NCBI GenBank assembly: GCA_015712185.1
Contig: JADDYF010000058.1
Coordinates: 1-54,484 of the forward strand
Origin: Bacteroidales bacterium
GTDB taxonomy: Bacteria > Bacteroidota > Bacteroidia > Bacteroidales > VadinHA17
Reading direction: 5' to 3'
DNA length: 54,484 nt
The notes below the pieces were generated by a model. That model ran no database searches, was not told the origin of the DNA, and saw only the letters and a list, made by a program, of their open reading frames with translations. Within the stretch, counting starts at the first letter, position 1, and each line of letters begins with the position of its first letter. Positions 10,237 through 20,377 of the stretch are shown here, in pieces. The position numbers were made by a program, and so were the translations under genes.

Positions 10237-11232
10237 CTAAGCATAGTTTAATACATGCACAAGAAGGATCAGCAGAAAGAATACTGCAAAAATAACCTCC
10301 GGAATTATTTTCTTTCTGACAAAGACAAAATAATGAGTCAGTATATAACTGGCGGGAATTCCTGCTATCCAGACCAATTCTATGGAGACAGAAGGCAGGA
10401 CAATATATAATGCCAGTGAAATAACAAGTGTCCAGAGAAGAAGGTAGAAAGTTTTCCTCGATTTGATCTTCTGGGAATTAATCCTTGTCAGAAGAAAAGC
10501 CAGTGCTGTCAGCATCATAAATCCGATGAAGACCAAAGTGGTCACAGAGAGCCACCCGAAATGATAGCCGGGCGAATCACCAAATATATTAATCTGAATA
10601 TCCCTGAGCAGAGAACCAATATTTTTCCCGACAACATAAAAAATTCCGGCGGTGATGAGAAAAGGAGTCAGAAATCCAAGCAATGAGATGGCAATCTCAA
10701 CTAAATTAACCGGTCTTAATAAAGCGATTCCTATATAAACTATAATCATGAACCACATCAGGTTACAGTAGAACAGGCTTCCGATGCCTATCAGTATCCC
10801 CGCATCAAAAAAGTCATACGCCGTATCAGGTTTCCTGTACGCTGCCATTATCCGCATTAGTGCAAGGAGGAGAAAAACTGTTGCAGGAAGGACCGGATTT
10901 AACACCTGGTTTTCCGGGAACTGACCGGTAATAAGGATGAAAACAGCGGCGGGAAGAAACGTCCTCTCATTAATGAAGAATACTGTTGTGTTGAAATTTA
11001 CCAGGAGGAAGGCTATGAGTGACGACAACAATACAGAAAAGATTACTCCCAACAGGGGACTGCTTCCCATTGCCGAAATGACAAGCCCGTACAGAGGCAT
11101 CGGATTTGTCTCATACAGTGATAATCCCGGGAACTGCGGATTAAGAAACGCATTTATCCAGACAATTATGAGTGTAAAAACTATCAGGGAGATGACACGC
11201 GGCCGGGTTCCTTTGAAATACTTCAGAAGCAT
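10237..11232 (-). CDS. Hypothetical polytopic membrane protein
   Basis: 331 aa, almost entirely hydrophobic segments. It lies 5 nt downstream of purD on the same strand. Confidence 0.6.
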   Translation of the reverse strand: MLLKYFKGTRPRVISLIVFTLIIVWINAFLNPQFPGLSLYETNPMPLYGLVISAMGSSPLLGVIFSVLLSSLIAFLLVNFNTTVFFINERTFLPAAVFILITGQFPENQVLNPVLPATVFLLLALMRIMAAYRKPDTAYDFFDAGILIGIGSLFYCNLMWFMIIVYIGIALLRPVNLVEIAISLLGFLTPFLITAGIFYVVGKNIGSLLRDIQINIFGDSPGYHFGWLSVTTLVFIGFMMLTALAFLLTRINSQKIKSRKTFYLLLWTLVISLALYIVLPSVSIELVWIAGIPASYILTHYFVFVRKKIIPEVIFAVFFLLILLVHVLNYA

Positions 11233-11237
11233 TTATA

Positions 11238-12506
11238 CTATAGATCAAATCCAATATCAGTCCTGTAATACATATTATCGAACGATACACGGCGGGCATT
11301 TTTATAAGCTCCTTCAATGGCCTCCTTTATGGTGTTTCCCCAGGCGCTCACAGCAAGCACCCGTCCTCCCGAGGTAATCACTTTATTATCCGACAATTTC
11401 GTTCCTGAATGAAATATAACACAATCCCTTGCCAGGTCAAGACCAAAGACTGTCTTTCCCTTTTCATAACTTCCGGGGTATCCTCCGGAGACGAGCATCA
11501 CTGTCGCCACATACCGGTCATCAATATCTATCACTCTTGACTCAAGATCGCCCTTCACCACACCTTCGATCAGTTCATAGAAATCCGATTTGATCCTCGG
11601 TATGATGACCTCCGATTCAGGATCACCAAGCCTTGCATTATACTCAATAACATAGGGATCCCCATCCACATTGATAAGGCCGAAAAAAATAAAACCCCTA
11701 TAAAGAATACCTTCCGCTGACAAACCTTTCAGAGTCGGTTCGATAATTCTCACTTTCACTTTCTCCATAAAATTCCTGTCGGCAAAAGGTACGGGAGATA
11801 CTGCTCCCATGCCACCGGTATTAAGACCTGTGTTCCCCTCCCCGACTCTTTTATAATCTTTTGCTTCAGGCAACAGCTTGTAAGAATGCCCGTCAGTAAC
11901 TATGAAGGCCGAGAGTTCAACTCCTTTGAGGTACTGTTCAATTACGACCTTCTGACCTGCTGCACCGAACTTTCCGCTTAGCATTGCCTTCAACTCCTCT
12001 TCAGCAGAACTGATGTCGTCGAGAATGACCACACCTTTACCAGCCGCAAGCCCGTCAGCCTTAACAACATAGGGTGGCTTCAGAGTCTTCAGGAAGCCTG
12101 TGGCTTCACTTATATTTGTACTGTCAAAGCTCCTGTATTCAGACGTCGGAATTTTATATTTTGTAAGAAATGCTTTGGCAAAATCCTTGCTGCCTTCCAG
12201 CCTTGCAGCAGATTTATCAGGTCCGATAACAGGAATATTTCTAAGGAACTCATCGTTAATGAAGAAATCGTGTATACCTGCAACCAGCGGAGCTTCCGGA
12301 CCCACAACAACAAGATTGATATTATTCTTCATTACGGCTTTCTTTACTTCCCCGAAGTTCTCTGGATTGACCGGCAGATTCGTCCCGGTATCAGCAGTCC
12401 CGGCATTTCCTGGTCCGGTGAAGATGCGGCTTACCTTGGGACTTTGGGCAAGTTTCCAGGCTATAGAATGTTCCCGGCCGCCTGATCCCAGTATGAGAAT
12501 GTTCAT
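11238..12506 (-). CDS. purD: Phosphoribosylamine--glycine ligase
   Basis: MNILILGSGGREHSIAWKL at the N-terminus, an ATP-grasp core, and EYNARLGDPE and SGGRVL motifs. 422 aa. Confidence 0.95.
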   Translation of the reverse strand: MNILILGSGGREHSIAWKLAQSPKVSRIFTGPGNAGTADTGTNLPVNPENFGEVKKAVMKNNINLVVVGPEAPLVAGIHDFFINDEFLRNIPVIGPDKSAARLEGSKDFAKAFLTKYKIPTSEYRSFDSTNISEATGFLKTLKPPYVVKADGLAAGKGVVILDDISSAEEELKAMLSGKFGAAGQKVVIEQYLKGVELSAFIVTDGHSYKLLPEAKDYKRVGEGNTGLNTGGMGAVSPVPFADRNFMEKVKVRIIEPTLKGLSAEGILYRGFIFFGLINVDGDPYVIEYNARLGDPESEVIIPRIKSDFYELIEGVVKGDLESRVIDIDDRYVATVMLVSGGYPGSYEKGKTVFGLDLARDCVIFHSGTKLSDNKVITSGGRVLAVSAWGNTIKEAIEGAYKNARRVSFDNMYYRTDIGFDL

Positions 12507-12581
12507 TTTCAGGAAGGTTAAAGGTCTACCAAAAGTAACATTTCATTCTGACAAAAAAAATCACGTAACCGGCGTCTGAGA

Positions 12582-13190
12582 CTAAAGATCGGGAAGGCAG
12601 AACCTGAAGTTTTTTTCCATTGCATACCTGATAAATTCTTCAAGAAAGCCGTGAAGGGTGCTTTCAGGCTTGTCATGCAACGCAATTATTGAACCAGGCC
12701 TGATCTTTTTCCTGAGTATACTCAGAGCCTTTTCACTGCCTGAATGTTTATCATAATCATACGGCATGACATCCCACATTATAATCCTGTAACTCTTTTT
12801 AATAGTCGTGTACTGACTGAACTTTAAGCGGCCATAGGGCGGACGGAATAATGTCGTGGATGAAAACGGAGCCGCCCGGTTTACATCATCACAGTAGATC
12901 GTTGCCGGAGTGGTCCATCCGTTCAGGTGGCTGTATCCGTGGTTGCCGGTGATATGCCCCCTGCTTCTGATAAGGTCAGTAAGACCAGGATAGTTTTCAG
13001 CTGATCGTCCGTTACAGAAGAATATTGCCCTGATATCATATTTTTCAAGCATATCGATTATTCCCGGCGTAGAAGCAGGATCCGGTCCGTCATCAAAGGT
13101 CAGACATAAGAGCCTGTCATCAGTTTTAATCCTGAACAGGGCCTCCGGGAAAAACCATTTTGCAGGGAACCATGGTCTTGGAAGACGCAT
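12582..13190 (-). CDS. Polysaccharide deacetylase (NodB homology domain) protein
   Basis: LTFDDGPDP (NodB motif 1) and NHGYSH (His-His motif 2). 202 aa. Confidence 0.8.
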   Translation of the reverse strand: MRLPRPWFPAKWFFPEALFRIKTDDRLLCLTFDDGPDPASTPGIIDMLEKYDIRAIFFCNGRSAENYPGLTDLIRSRGHITGNHGYSHLNGWTTPATIYCDDVNRAAPFSSTTLFRPPYGRLKFSQYTTIKKSYRIIMWDVMPYDYDKHSGSEKALSILRKKIRPGSIIALHDKPESTLHGFLEEFIRYAMEKNFRFCLPDL

Positions 13191-13196
13191 GTGGTG

Positions 13197-16100
13197 CTAT
13201 TTTACAGAGAACAGTTTACTGTAATAATCGTTGATAAGTGGTTCGAGGGCAGCAATAAGCGAGTCAGATTTCTGGGACAATGCAAAATTATATATATCGA
13301 TCAGTGCCTGAATATTCATGCTGTTGGACAATTCCATTCCAAATCGTTTATCAGGTCGCAGATTTACTGCATAGTCAAGGTACTCCCTTGAATAGCTAAT
13401 TATCTTATTCAGCAGCTCAGCTCCTTCCTCCTTTTCGCCGGCTCTTATCAGCACCTCGGCAAGGCCAGCCGAGAAAAAATCATTCGGGACCTTCTCCGAC
13501 GGGATTATCCCGAGGCCTCTGTGGGCAGCCTGAACCGCCTTTACAGTATCTCCTGCCTGGAGTAATGCTTTGCCCAGGTTTCCGAAAAGCCTCCTGAAAT
13601 TGCTCAGCATCCGCCGGTTGTTTTCATCAAGGTAGACCCCCTGATCAGCAGCGTTTCCCCATTCAAACTTATTCATCATGTTGTCGTACATGACAACCGG
13701 ATCTATCATGCCATACTCACCCTGTTCCGGTGTATCAGTCCTTACAGGCACGATCCTGTAGGCAAGACCTTCCTGTATGAAATACTTCTCAAGTCCCTTA
13801 TACTGGCTCGAAGGGACTGTAGTTGATATATAAACAGGACGGTTCCATTTATTTGTAGCGAGCATATCCATGATAGCCAGATCGCCTTTAAAGGCGTCCT
13901 CATCGGTATACTCCCAGATTATGGGGGAGAGCAGTCTGTCTTTGAAGTATTCCTTTACGGTGCCGTTCGAAAGAACTGTTGATGTGTCAACATCGATCAG
14001 CAGTTTACTGGTTGGCAGGTAGTTTGCATAGTCGCCTCTCCCGCTCAGGTCGACCATGTATTTCCTGTCATCGAGGCCGACAAACGCCACAGCCTCCTTT
14101 ATATTTACAGGTTTATCAATCTTGCTTATTACCGGGATCTGGATTCTCAGCCCTTCAATATATTTTTCAGGTCCCAGCGAAAAGGGCAGCGGTTCCGAGT
14201 CAAATGCCTTCTGCCTCATCATATCGACGTACCATCCGGCCTGGATATAGCTCAGGTTGGCAACCCTTACATCAGTTCTTACCTGTTCCACATCCTGAAC
14301 ATACCACACCGGAAATGAATCGTTATCACCGTAAGTAAACAATATACTGTTCGGGGCGCATGATTTAAGATAATTGGCCCCTATATCCCTGGCCGTGTAA
14401 CGGCCCGATCTGTCGTGGTCGTCCCAGTTTTCGGCTGCCAGAAAAAGAGGGCAGGCAGCAGCAAGTACAATAAATGTAATAGCTGCAGATATCCTGTGGT
14501 CAAAGAACTTTTGCAGCTGTTCATAGAGGAGCATGAATCCCATCCCTATCCAGATGGCAAACGCATAAAACGATCCGGCATAAGCATAGTCACGTTCCCT
14601 GGGCTGGTTCGGATTCTGATTGAGGTAGAAAATTATTGCCAGGCCGGTCATTATGAATAATGCCATTACCAGCCAGAAGCCATTCCTGTCCCTTTTATAT
14701 TGCCAGAAGATCCCTGCAAGACCTATAAGCAAGGGCAGGAAATAGTATTTATTATTACCCGGATTGTTTTTAAGATCAGCCGGAATATTATCCAGATCGC
14801 CCAGCCTGGCTTCGTCAATGAATTTAATCCCGCTTATCCAGTTGCCATTGAAGCTGTTCCCGTTACCCTGCACATCGTTCTGCCGGCCTGCAAAATTCCA
14901 CATGAAATACCTGAGGTACATAAAGCCTGTCTGATACCTGAAAAAGAAACGCAGGTTCTCTCCAAATGTGGGACAGACCAGAGTCTCCCGACCCGAGCCC
15001 GAACTTACCGTATAGCGTATTCCCTTCACATTTCCCCAGTATTCATATGCCGGCTTATGCTCGGGCTCGGGACTGTACATCCGGGGGAAAATTGTCTCAA
15101 ACCTGTTCTCATAATCATATTCAGGATGGTAATAAGGTTCATATTTCCCGTTTATCTTGTTATAACCTGAAATAACCTGTTTTACATCTATCGGAGGTGC
15201 AGTGTAATACGGTCCATACAGCTTGGGTGAACTCCCGTACTGCTGCATATTGATATAATATGCCAGAGAGAATATATCGGAAGGATTATTCTGATTCATT
15301 GGAGGTTTCGCTGAAGACCTGATCATTATCATGGCATAGGATGAATACCCTATCATAATTACTGTCAGACAGGTCATTATATAATTGAGGATCACTCTCC
15401 TGCTCTTTATGGAATACCTTATTCCAAGAACCAGCAGGGCGATAAGTACTGCCACAAATACCATGAGCCCGGTATTGTAGGGTAATCCGATTACATTGAC
15501 AAAAAACAACTCAAACCATCCCGCGACTTCAGGAACGCCGGGCACTATAATAAACACAATGAATCCCAGCAAAACAACAGCCAGAAACAGTGTATAAATG
15601 ACACCTTTTAGTGTAACCTCATATTTTCTGAAGTAATAAACAAAAACAAGTACAGGGATTACAAGCAGGTTCAGGCGGTGTATTCCCAGCCCCAGACCCA
15701 TGATATAAGCGATCAGTATTATCCATCGGCCAGAGGCCGGGTCATCCGCTTCCTCTTCCCACTTAAGCATGCCCCAGAATACAAGGCCGGTGACAAGTGA
15801 TGATACTGCATAAAGCTCACCTTCAACAGCTGAAAACCAGAAAGTATCTGAAAAGGTATAGGCCATAGAACCGAGAATGCCGCTTCCAATAACAGCAGGG
15901 ATAGTTTTTGAATCCGGCACACTGCTGCCCAGAGATACTCTCCTTACAAGATGTGTTATTGTCCAGAACAGGAACATAATGGCAAATGCGCTGCATAGTG
16001 CCGAAAGGATATTCACCATAAGCGCTACTTTCGATGTGTCACCTCCTGCAAACAAGGTTGCCAGCCTTCCTATCATCAGGAATAAAGGTGCACCCGGAGG

Positions 16101-16262
16101 ATGGCCTACCTGCAGCCTAAAGGCAGAGAGTATAAATTCACCGCAATCCCAGAAGCTAACCGTGGGCTCGACCGTTAAAAGGTAAATTACCGCCGAGAAG
16201 ACAAACATAAACCAGCCTGTAACAGTATTCCACCGGCGGTATGTGCCCCAAACTGGATTCAT
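13197..16262 (-). CDS. DUF2723 / TMEM260-like large membrane protein (putative glycosyltransferase-fold) with a TPR-like C-terminus
   Basis: 1021 aa. The N-terminus TVSFWDCGEFILSAFRLQVGHPPGAPLF is typical of DUF2723. It has more than 10 TM segments and a soluble helical-repeat tail. Confidence 0.75.
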   Translation of the reverse strand: MNPVWGTYRRWNTVTGWFMFVFSAVIYLLTVEPTVSFWDCGEFILSAFRLQVGHPPGAPLFLMIGRLATLFAGGDTSKVALMVNILSALCSAFAIMFLFWTITHLVRRVSLGSSVPDSKTIPAVIGSGILGSMAYTFSDTFWFSAVEGELYAVSSLVTGLVFWGMLKWEEEADDPASGRWIILIAYIMGLGLGIHRLNLLVIPVLVFVYYFRKYEVTLKGVIYTLFLAVVLLGFIVFIIVPGVPEVAGWFELFFVNVIGLPYNTGLMVFVAVLIALLVLGIRYSIKSRRVILNYIMTCLTVIMIGYSSYAMIMIRSSAKPPMNQNNPSDIFSLAYYINMQQYGSSPKLYGPYYTAPPIDVKQVISGYNKINGKYEPYYHPEYDYENRFETIFPRMYSPEPEHKPAYEYWGNVKGIRYTVSSGSGRETLVCPTFGENLRFFFRYQTGFMYLRYFMWNFAGRQNDVQGNGNSFNGNWISGIKFIDEARLGDLDNIPADLKNNPGNNKYYFLPLLIGLAGIFWQYKRDRNGFWLVMALFIMTGLAIIFYLNQNPNQPRERDYAYAGSFYAFAIWIGMGFMLLYEQLQKFFDHRISAAITFIVLAAACPLFLAAENWDDHDRSGRYTARDIGANYLKSCAPNSILFTYGDNDSFPVWYVQDVEQVRTDVRVANLSYIQAGWYVDMMRQKAFDSEPLPFSLGPEKYIEGLRIQIPVISKIDKPVNIKEAVAFVGLDDRKYMVDLSGRGDYANYLPTSKLLIDVDTSTVLSNGTVKEYFKDRLLSPIIWEYTDEDAFKGDLAIMDMLATNKWNRPVYISTTVPSSQYKGLEKYFIQEGLAYRIVPVRTDTPEQGEYGMIDPVVMYDNMMNKFEWGNAADQGVYLDENNRRMLSNFRRLFGNLGKALLQAGDTVKAVQAAHRGLGIIPSEKVPNDFFSAGLAEVLIRAGEKEEGAELLNKIISYSREYLDYAVNLRPDKRFGMELSNSMNIQALIDIYNFALSQKSDSLIAALEPLINDYYSKLFSVK

Positions 16263-16363
16263 AATGTAGTATTTTGATTTTCTGAATGAACAAATAACGT
16301 AAAAAATAATAACATGAAGATACCTGCAGACCTATTTAACTTCATTTTAACAGGAAGAAAGTG

Positions 16364-16885
16364 CTATTCCTCAAGGTAATATCTCCAGGGTTTGTTTTTC
16401 CAGACCTCGCCGGCATAATTTATTCCAATCCTGGAGCTTGTCTTAATTGAAGGTGCCAGACCGGCATCTTCAATCCATATCCGTTCTGAGGTGGTCAGAT
16501 CCTCTCCGTAAAATAACCTCCCGATGCCAAGAGCCCTGGTCAGTTTGCCAGGACCGTTATAACCTTCAATACCCCTGATAAGTGCTGCCTGCGGATCATT
16601 CTCACCACCGGTGACAACATTCAGCATCCAGTACATCCCATAAACGAAATAGACATATATTTTCCCGCCCGGATAAAACATAACCTCATTGCGTTTTGTT
16701 CTGCCCCTGCTGGCATGACAAGCTTCATCCTCCGAGCCCCGGTAAGCTTCGGTTTCAGTTATGGCATATTTATTCAGCATTTTATTGGACGATCTGACGA
16801 CAAGGATCTTTCCGATAAGCTCCGGAGCAACAAGAAGAACATCGCGGACAAAAAACTCTCTGTGCAGTCTGGCTATTCTTGTCAT
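16364..16885 (-). CDS. mpg: DNA-3-methyladenine glycosylase (Mpg/AAG family)
   Basis: 173 aa with the FF.RDVL.VAPELIGK..V N-terminal signature, ITETEAYRG and PGKLTRALGI motifs. Confidence 0.85.
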   Translation of the reverse strand: MTRIARLHREFFVRDVLLVAPELIGKILVVRSSNKMLNKYAITETEAYRGSEDEACHASRGRTKRNEVMFYPGGKIYVYFVYGMYWMLNVVTGGENDPQAALIRGIEGYNGPGKLTRALGIGRLFYGEDLTTSERIWIEDAGLAPSIKTSSRIGINYAGEVWKNKPWRYYLEE

Positions 16886-16888
16886 CTG

Positions 16889-17359
16889 TCAGTATGGGAT
16901 CTTTTTTTCAAATTTGTCCCATTCCCTGAAGACATCCTTGCCGCCTGCATCCGGGAAAAAGATAAAATCTATCTTCCTTTCTCCGGGACTGAGGATCATT
17001 TCATCATATATCAGATTATCGCTGAACCCTGAAGCTGCCGCATCAAGCCGGGTAGAAGCATAAACCACCTTTTTTATCCGTGCCCAGTAAATTGCTCCAA
17101 GACACATCGGACATGGTTCGCATGAGGTATAAATGACACAACCGCTCAGATCGTGGGTTTTCAAAGCTACTGATGCTTTCCTTATAGCAAGAATCTCTGC
17201 ATGCGCCGTGGGATCGGCTGAAAGCACGACCAGATTATTGGCTTCAGCAATTATCTCTCCTTCCTTCGAGATAACAGCTCCGAAGGGACCTCCTCCCTTT
17301 ATGATACCGTTGCGTGCCAACTCAACAGCCTGTGACAGAAAATATTTATCATTCCTCAT
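16889..17359 (-). CDS. CDA-fold nucleoside/nucleobase deaminase, guanine-deaminase-like
   Basis: HAE (HAEILAIRKA) and PCxxC (CEPCPMC) zinc motifs. At 156 aa and ending in Tyr, it is like the small bacterial guanine deaminases. Confidence 0.75.
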   Translation of the reverse strand: MRNDKYFLSQAVELARNGIIKGGGPFGAVISKEGEIIAEANNLVVLSADPTAHAEILAIRKASVALKTHDLSGCVIYTSCEPCPMCLGAIYWARIKKVVYASTRLDAAASGFSDNLIYDEMILSPGERKIDFIFFPDAGGKDVFREWDKFEKKIPY

Positions 17360-17472
17360 TCCCTTTATAATTTTGGTTCAATATCCGGCTGAAACAGAAA
17401 GTAAAAATAATCTTAGTTTGGTCACCCTTAATAAATTCTGTTTAATATTATTTTTTTTACGGAAATATATTG

Positions 17473-17480
17473 TATTTTTG
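17473..17480 (+). promoter_or_regulatory. Candidate -7 box (TAnnTTTG) upstream of rplM
   Basis: TATTTTTG lies 65 nt upstream of the rplM start. Motif match only. Confidence 0.3.
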
Positions 17481-17544
17481 CAAACCCGAAAACTAAGGGT
17501 CATCGGCGATAAGTATAAGTGTATCAATTTAAAATTAATATAAA

Positions 17545-17997
17545 GTGAATACCTTAAGCTATAAGACAGTATCTGCAAATAAAACAACTGTCAACAAGGA
17601 ATGGGTAATAGTTGATGCTGAAGGCGCAGTTCTTGGACGTCTTGCGACTCTGGTTGCCAATATGCTCAGGGGTAAGCATAAAACAAATTTCACACCTCAT
17701 GTTGACTGCGGTGATAATGTTATAGTTATAAATGCTGAAAAGGTTGTACTGACAGGTGAGAAGTGGTCGGAGAAGGAATATGTAAGGTATACAGGGTATC
17801 CCGGAGGACAGAGAAGCATAATCGCAGAGGAACTGCTGAAGAAAAATCCCATCAGACTTCTTGAAGCTGCTGTAAGGGGGATGCTGCCGAAGAACCGTCT
17901 GGGAAGGGCTATTTTTAAGAACATGCATGTCTATACAGGAGCTTCCCATCCGCATGAAGCACAGAAACCCAGGAAGATTGAAATTAAAAACAACTAA
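17545..17997 (+). CDS. rplM: 50S ribosomal protein L13
   Basis: GTG start. EWVIVDAEG.VLGRLA..VA..LRGKHK..FTPHVD.GD.V.VINA is the L13 signature. Confidence 0.95.
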   Translation: MNTLSYKTVSANKTTVNKEWVIVDAEGAVLGRLATLVANMLRGKHKTNFTPHVDCGDNVIVINAEKVVLTGEKWSEKEYVRYTGYPGGQRSIIAEELLKKNPIRLLEAAVRGMLPKNRLGRAIFKNMHVYTGASHPHEAQKPRKIEIKNN

Positions 17998-18005
17998 GCA
18001 CAGAT

Positions 18006-18392
18006 ATGGAACCAATCAATGCATTAGGAAGAAGAAAAGCAGCTGTTGCAAGAGTATATTTAAGTGATGGCAAAGGGAAAATAACTGTTAACGGAAAAGA
18101 CTATAAAGAATACTTCGGAGCAGAAACTCTTCATTACGTTGTGACACAGCCGCTCCTTCTCCTGAATGTTGCCGACAAGTATGATATTAACGTGAATATT
18201 ATCGGCGGAGGCGTTAAGGGTCAGGCTGAGGCTCTTCGTCTTGGCATATGCCGTGCGTTGATACTGGCTGATGAAGAGAACAGGAAAACATTGAAGACGA
18301 GTGGCTTTCTGACACGCGACCCGCGCGAAGTTGAAAGAAAGAAACCAGGCAGGCCCAAGGCACGCAAGAGATTCCAGTTCAGTAAACGTTAG
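18006..18392 (+). CDS. rpsI: 30S ribosomal protein S9
   Basis: GRRK.AVARV, GGG..GQAEA.RLGI.RAL and the C-terminal RKKPG..KARKR.QFSKR. Confidence 0.95.
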   Translation: MEPINALGRRKAAVARVYLSDGKGKITVNGKDYKEYFGAETLHYVVTQPLLLLNVADKYDINVNIIGGGVKGQAEALRLGICRALILADEENRKTLKTSGFLTRDPREVERKKPGRPKARKRFQFSKR

Positions 18393-18499
18393 AATATCCT
18401 TATAATAGAAATGCAAGTTTAGTATCGAAATTGCAAAGACTCCAAAACAACGGACTACTCTGTAATTGACTTAATGAATGTAAACTTAAAATTATAAAA

Positions 18500-19393
18500 A
18501 TGCCCAGAACAACTTTCAAAGAATTATTGGATGCAGGTGTGCACTTCGGACACCTTAAAAGAAAATGGAATCCCTCAATGGCACCTTATATCTTCATGGA
18601 GCGGAACGGGATCCATATCATCGATCTTGAAAAAACAATCACTAAACTCGATGAAGCCGCTTCAGCAATGAAGCATATCGCCAAATCGGGTAAAAAAGTA
18701 CTGTTTGTAGCGACAAAGAAACAAGCCAAGGAAATTGTAGCCGAGAAAGTGAAAAAGGTTAACATGCCCTATGTTACCGAACGCTGGCCTGGTGGTATGC
18801 TTACCAATTTTCCGACAATCCGTAAGGCTGTGAAGAAGATGGGATCCATCGATAAAATGGCTACGGACGGTACATTTCAGAACATGTCAAAACGCGAAAA
18901 GCTTCAGGTCACCCGGCAAAGAGCAAAACTCGAGAAGAACCTCGGCAGTATAGTCGATCTGACAAGGCTGCCTTCTGCCCTCTTCGTTGTTGATGTATGC
19001 AAGGAACATATAGCTGTAAGGGAAGCCAAAAGACTGGGAATCCCTGTTTTTGCCATGGTAGATACAAATTCCGATCCAACCGATATCGAATTCCCGATTC
19101 CTGCAAATGACGATGCCTCCAAATCAATATCACTGATAGTTGAAATTCTGTGTCAATCTATTGAGGAGGGTCTCAATGAGAGGAAAATGGAAAAAGATAA
19201 GGAACAGGGACCGAAAGACAGGAAAGTGATAAGAAAAGAGCTTGAAACTAAAGATATTCCGGCAGCTCTTATTGAGGCCATTGTTGAGGATGAAGAGGAA
19301 GAGGAAACCGGCACCGATGATGAGACAGTAGCTGTTGAACCCGACGATGAGGATAGTGCCAGGACAGGTGTTGAGACTGAGGAAGAATTATAG
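18500..19393 (+). CDS. rpsB: 30S ribosomal protein S2 (with an acidic C-terminal extension)
   Basis: LL.AGVHFGH..R.WNP.M..YIF..RNGIHIIDL and FVATKKQA motifs. The tail is rich in Glu/Asp. Confidence 0.95.
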   Translation: MPRTTFKELLDAGVHFGHLKRKWNPSMAPYIFMERNGIHIIDLEKTITKLDEAASAMKHIAKSGKKVLFVATKKQAKEIVAEKVKKVNMPYVTERWPGGMLTNFPTIRKAVKKMGSIDKMATDGTFQNMSKREKLQVTRQRAKLEKNLGSIVDLTRLPSALFVVDVCKEHIAVREAKRLGIPVFAMVDTNSDPTDIEFPIPANDDASKSISLIVEILCQSIEEGLNERKMEKDKEQGPKDRKVIRKELETKDIPAALIEAIVEDEEEEETGTDDETVAVEPDDEDSARTGVETEEEL

Positions 19394-19419
19394 GTAACAT
19401 AATTTTAAACAGAAGTAAA

Positions 19420-20250
19420 ATGGCGACAATAAGTGCTGCAGATGTAGCAAAGCTGAGAAGAGTGACCTTAGCAGGAATGATGGATTGTAAAACTGCACTC
19501 GAGGAATCAGGAGGTAATTTTGAGAAGGCGATTGAAATAATCAGGAAGAAGGGACAGGCTGTTGCCAGTAAACGTGCCGACAGGGAAGCATCTGAAGGAG
19601 TTGTATTGTCAAAAGTATCAGATAATGGCAGGCTGGGTATAATGATTGTTCTTAACAGCGAAACAGATTTTGTAGCAAAGAATTCAGATTTTATTGGTCT
19701 TGCAAATAAAATCCTCGATACTGCACTTGCAAAGAATCCTCCCGATCTTGAAGCTCTTAAATCGCTTCCTCTGGATAGCGTGACCATTGGCGAAAAAGTC
19801 ATAGAATATATAGGTATAATAGGTGAGAAACTCCAGCTGTCATATTTCGATAAGGTTGAAGCTCCCCATGTACATGCATATATACACCCGGGCAACAGGC
19901 TTGCCACTCTGGTAGGATTTTCGAAACCAGGTCTGGATATACAGGTCTATAAGGATGTTGCCATGCAGGTTGCGGCAATGAATCCTGTAGCTATTGACAA
20001 GGATGATGTACCGCCGGCTATCATTGCCCAGGAAATAGAGATCGGAAAGGAACAGGCAAAACGCGATGGCAAACCTGAAGATATGCTTGAAAAGATCGCA
20101 CAGGGTAAGCTCGCCAAATTCTTTAAGGAGAGCACACTGCTTAACCAGGAGTTCGTTAAGGACAACAAGCTTACAATCGGACAATATCTGAAGTCGGCAG
20201 ATAAGGAACTTAAGGTAACAGGTTTTAAACGTTATACACTAAACCTGTAA
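19420..20250 (+). CDS. tsf: Elongation factor Ts
   Basis: VAKLR..T.AGMMDCK.AL.E..GN.EKAIE..RKKG is the EF-Ts N-terminal UBA-like signature. 276 aa. Confidence 0.95.
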   Translation: MATISAADVAKLRRVTLAGMMDCKTALEESGGNFEKAIEIIRKKGQAVASKRADREASEGVVLSKVSDNGRLGIMIVLNSETDFVAKNSDFIGLANKILDTALAKNPPDLEALKSLPLDSVTIGEKVIEYIGIIGEKLQLSYFDKVEAPHVHAYIHPGNRLATLVGFSKPGLDIQVYKDVAMQVAAMNPVAIDKDDVPPAIIAQEIEIGKEQAKRDGKPEDMLEKIAQGKLAKFFKESTLLNQEFVKDNKLTIGQYLKSADKELKVTGFKRYTLNL

Positions 20251-20269
20251 TATATTCCAGTTCATTAAT

Positions 20270-20316
20270 AAAGGAGGCTGTCTTCAAAAGTGTTTAAAGA
20301 CAGCCTCCTTTATTTG
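20270..20316 (+). terminator. Rho-independent terminator after tsf
   Basis: A perfect 14-bp stem, AAGGAGGCTGTCTT (20271-20284) with AAGACAGCCTCCTT (20297-20310), a 12-nt loop, followed by TATTTG. Confidence 0.7.
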
Positions 20317-20377
20317 ATATTCCTCATTCTTAAATAATTTCTTAATTATTCTATCTTTACATTACAGAGATTATTTT

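Noticed and set aside
18500-19393. Acidic ~45-aa C-terminal extension on ribosomal protein S2.
   Set aside because: Variable charged tails on S2 are common across bacteria, so this is not evidence of anything unusual.
19269-19907. 212-aa ORF on the minus strand spanning the rpsB/tsf junction.
   Set aside because: It is antisense to two highly conserved genes, has low-complexity Ser/Leu/Ala-rich content, and is a typical shadow ORF.
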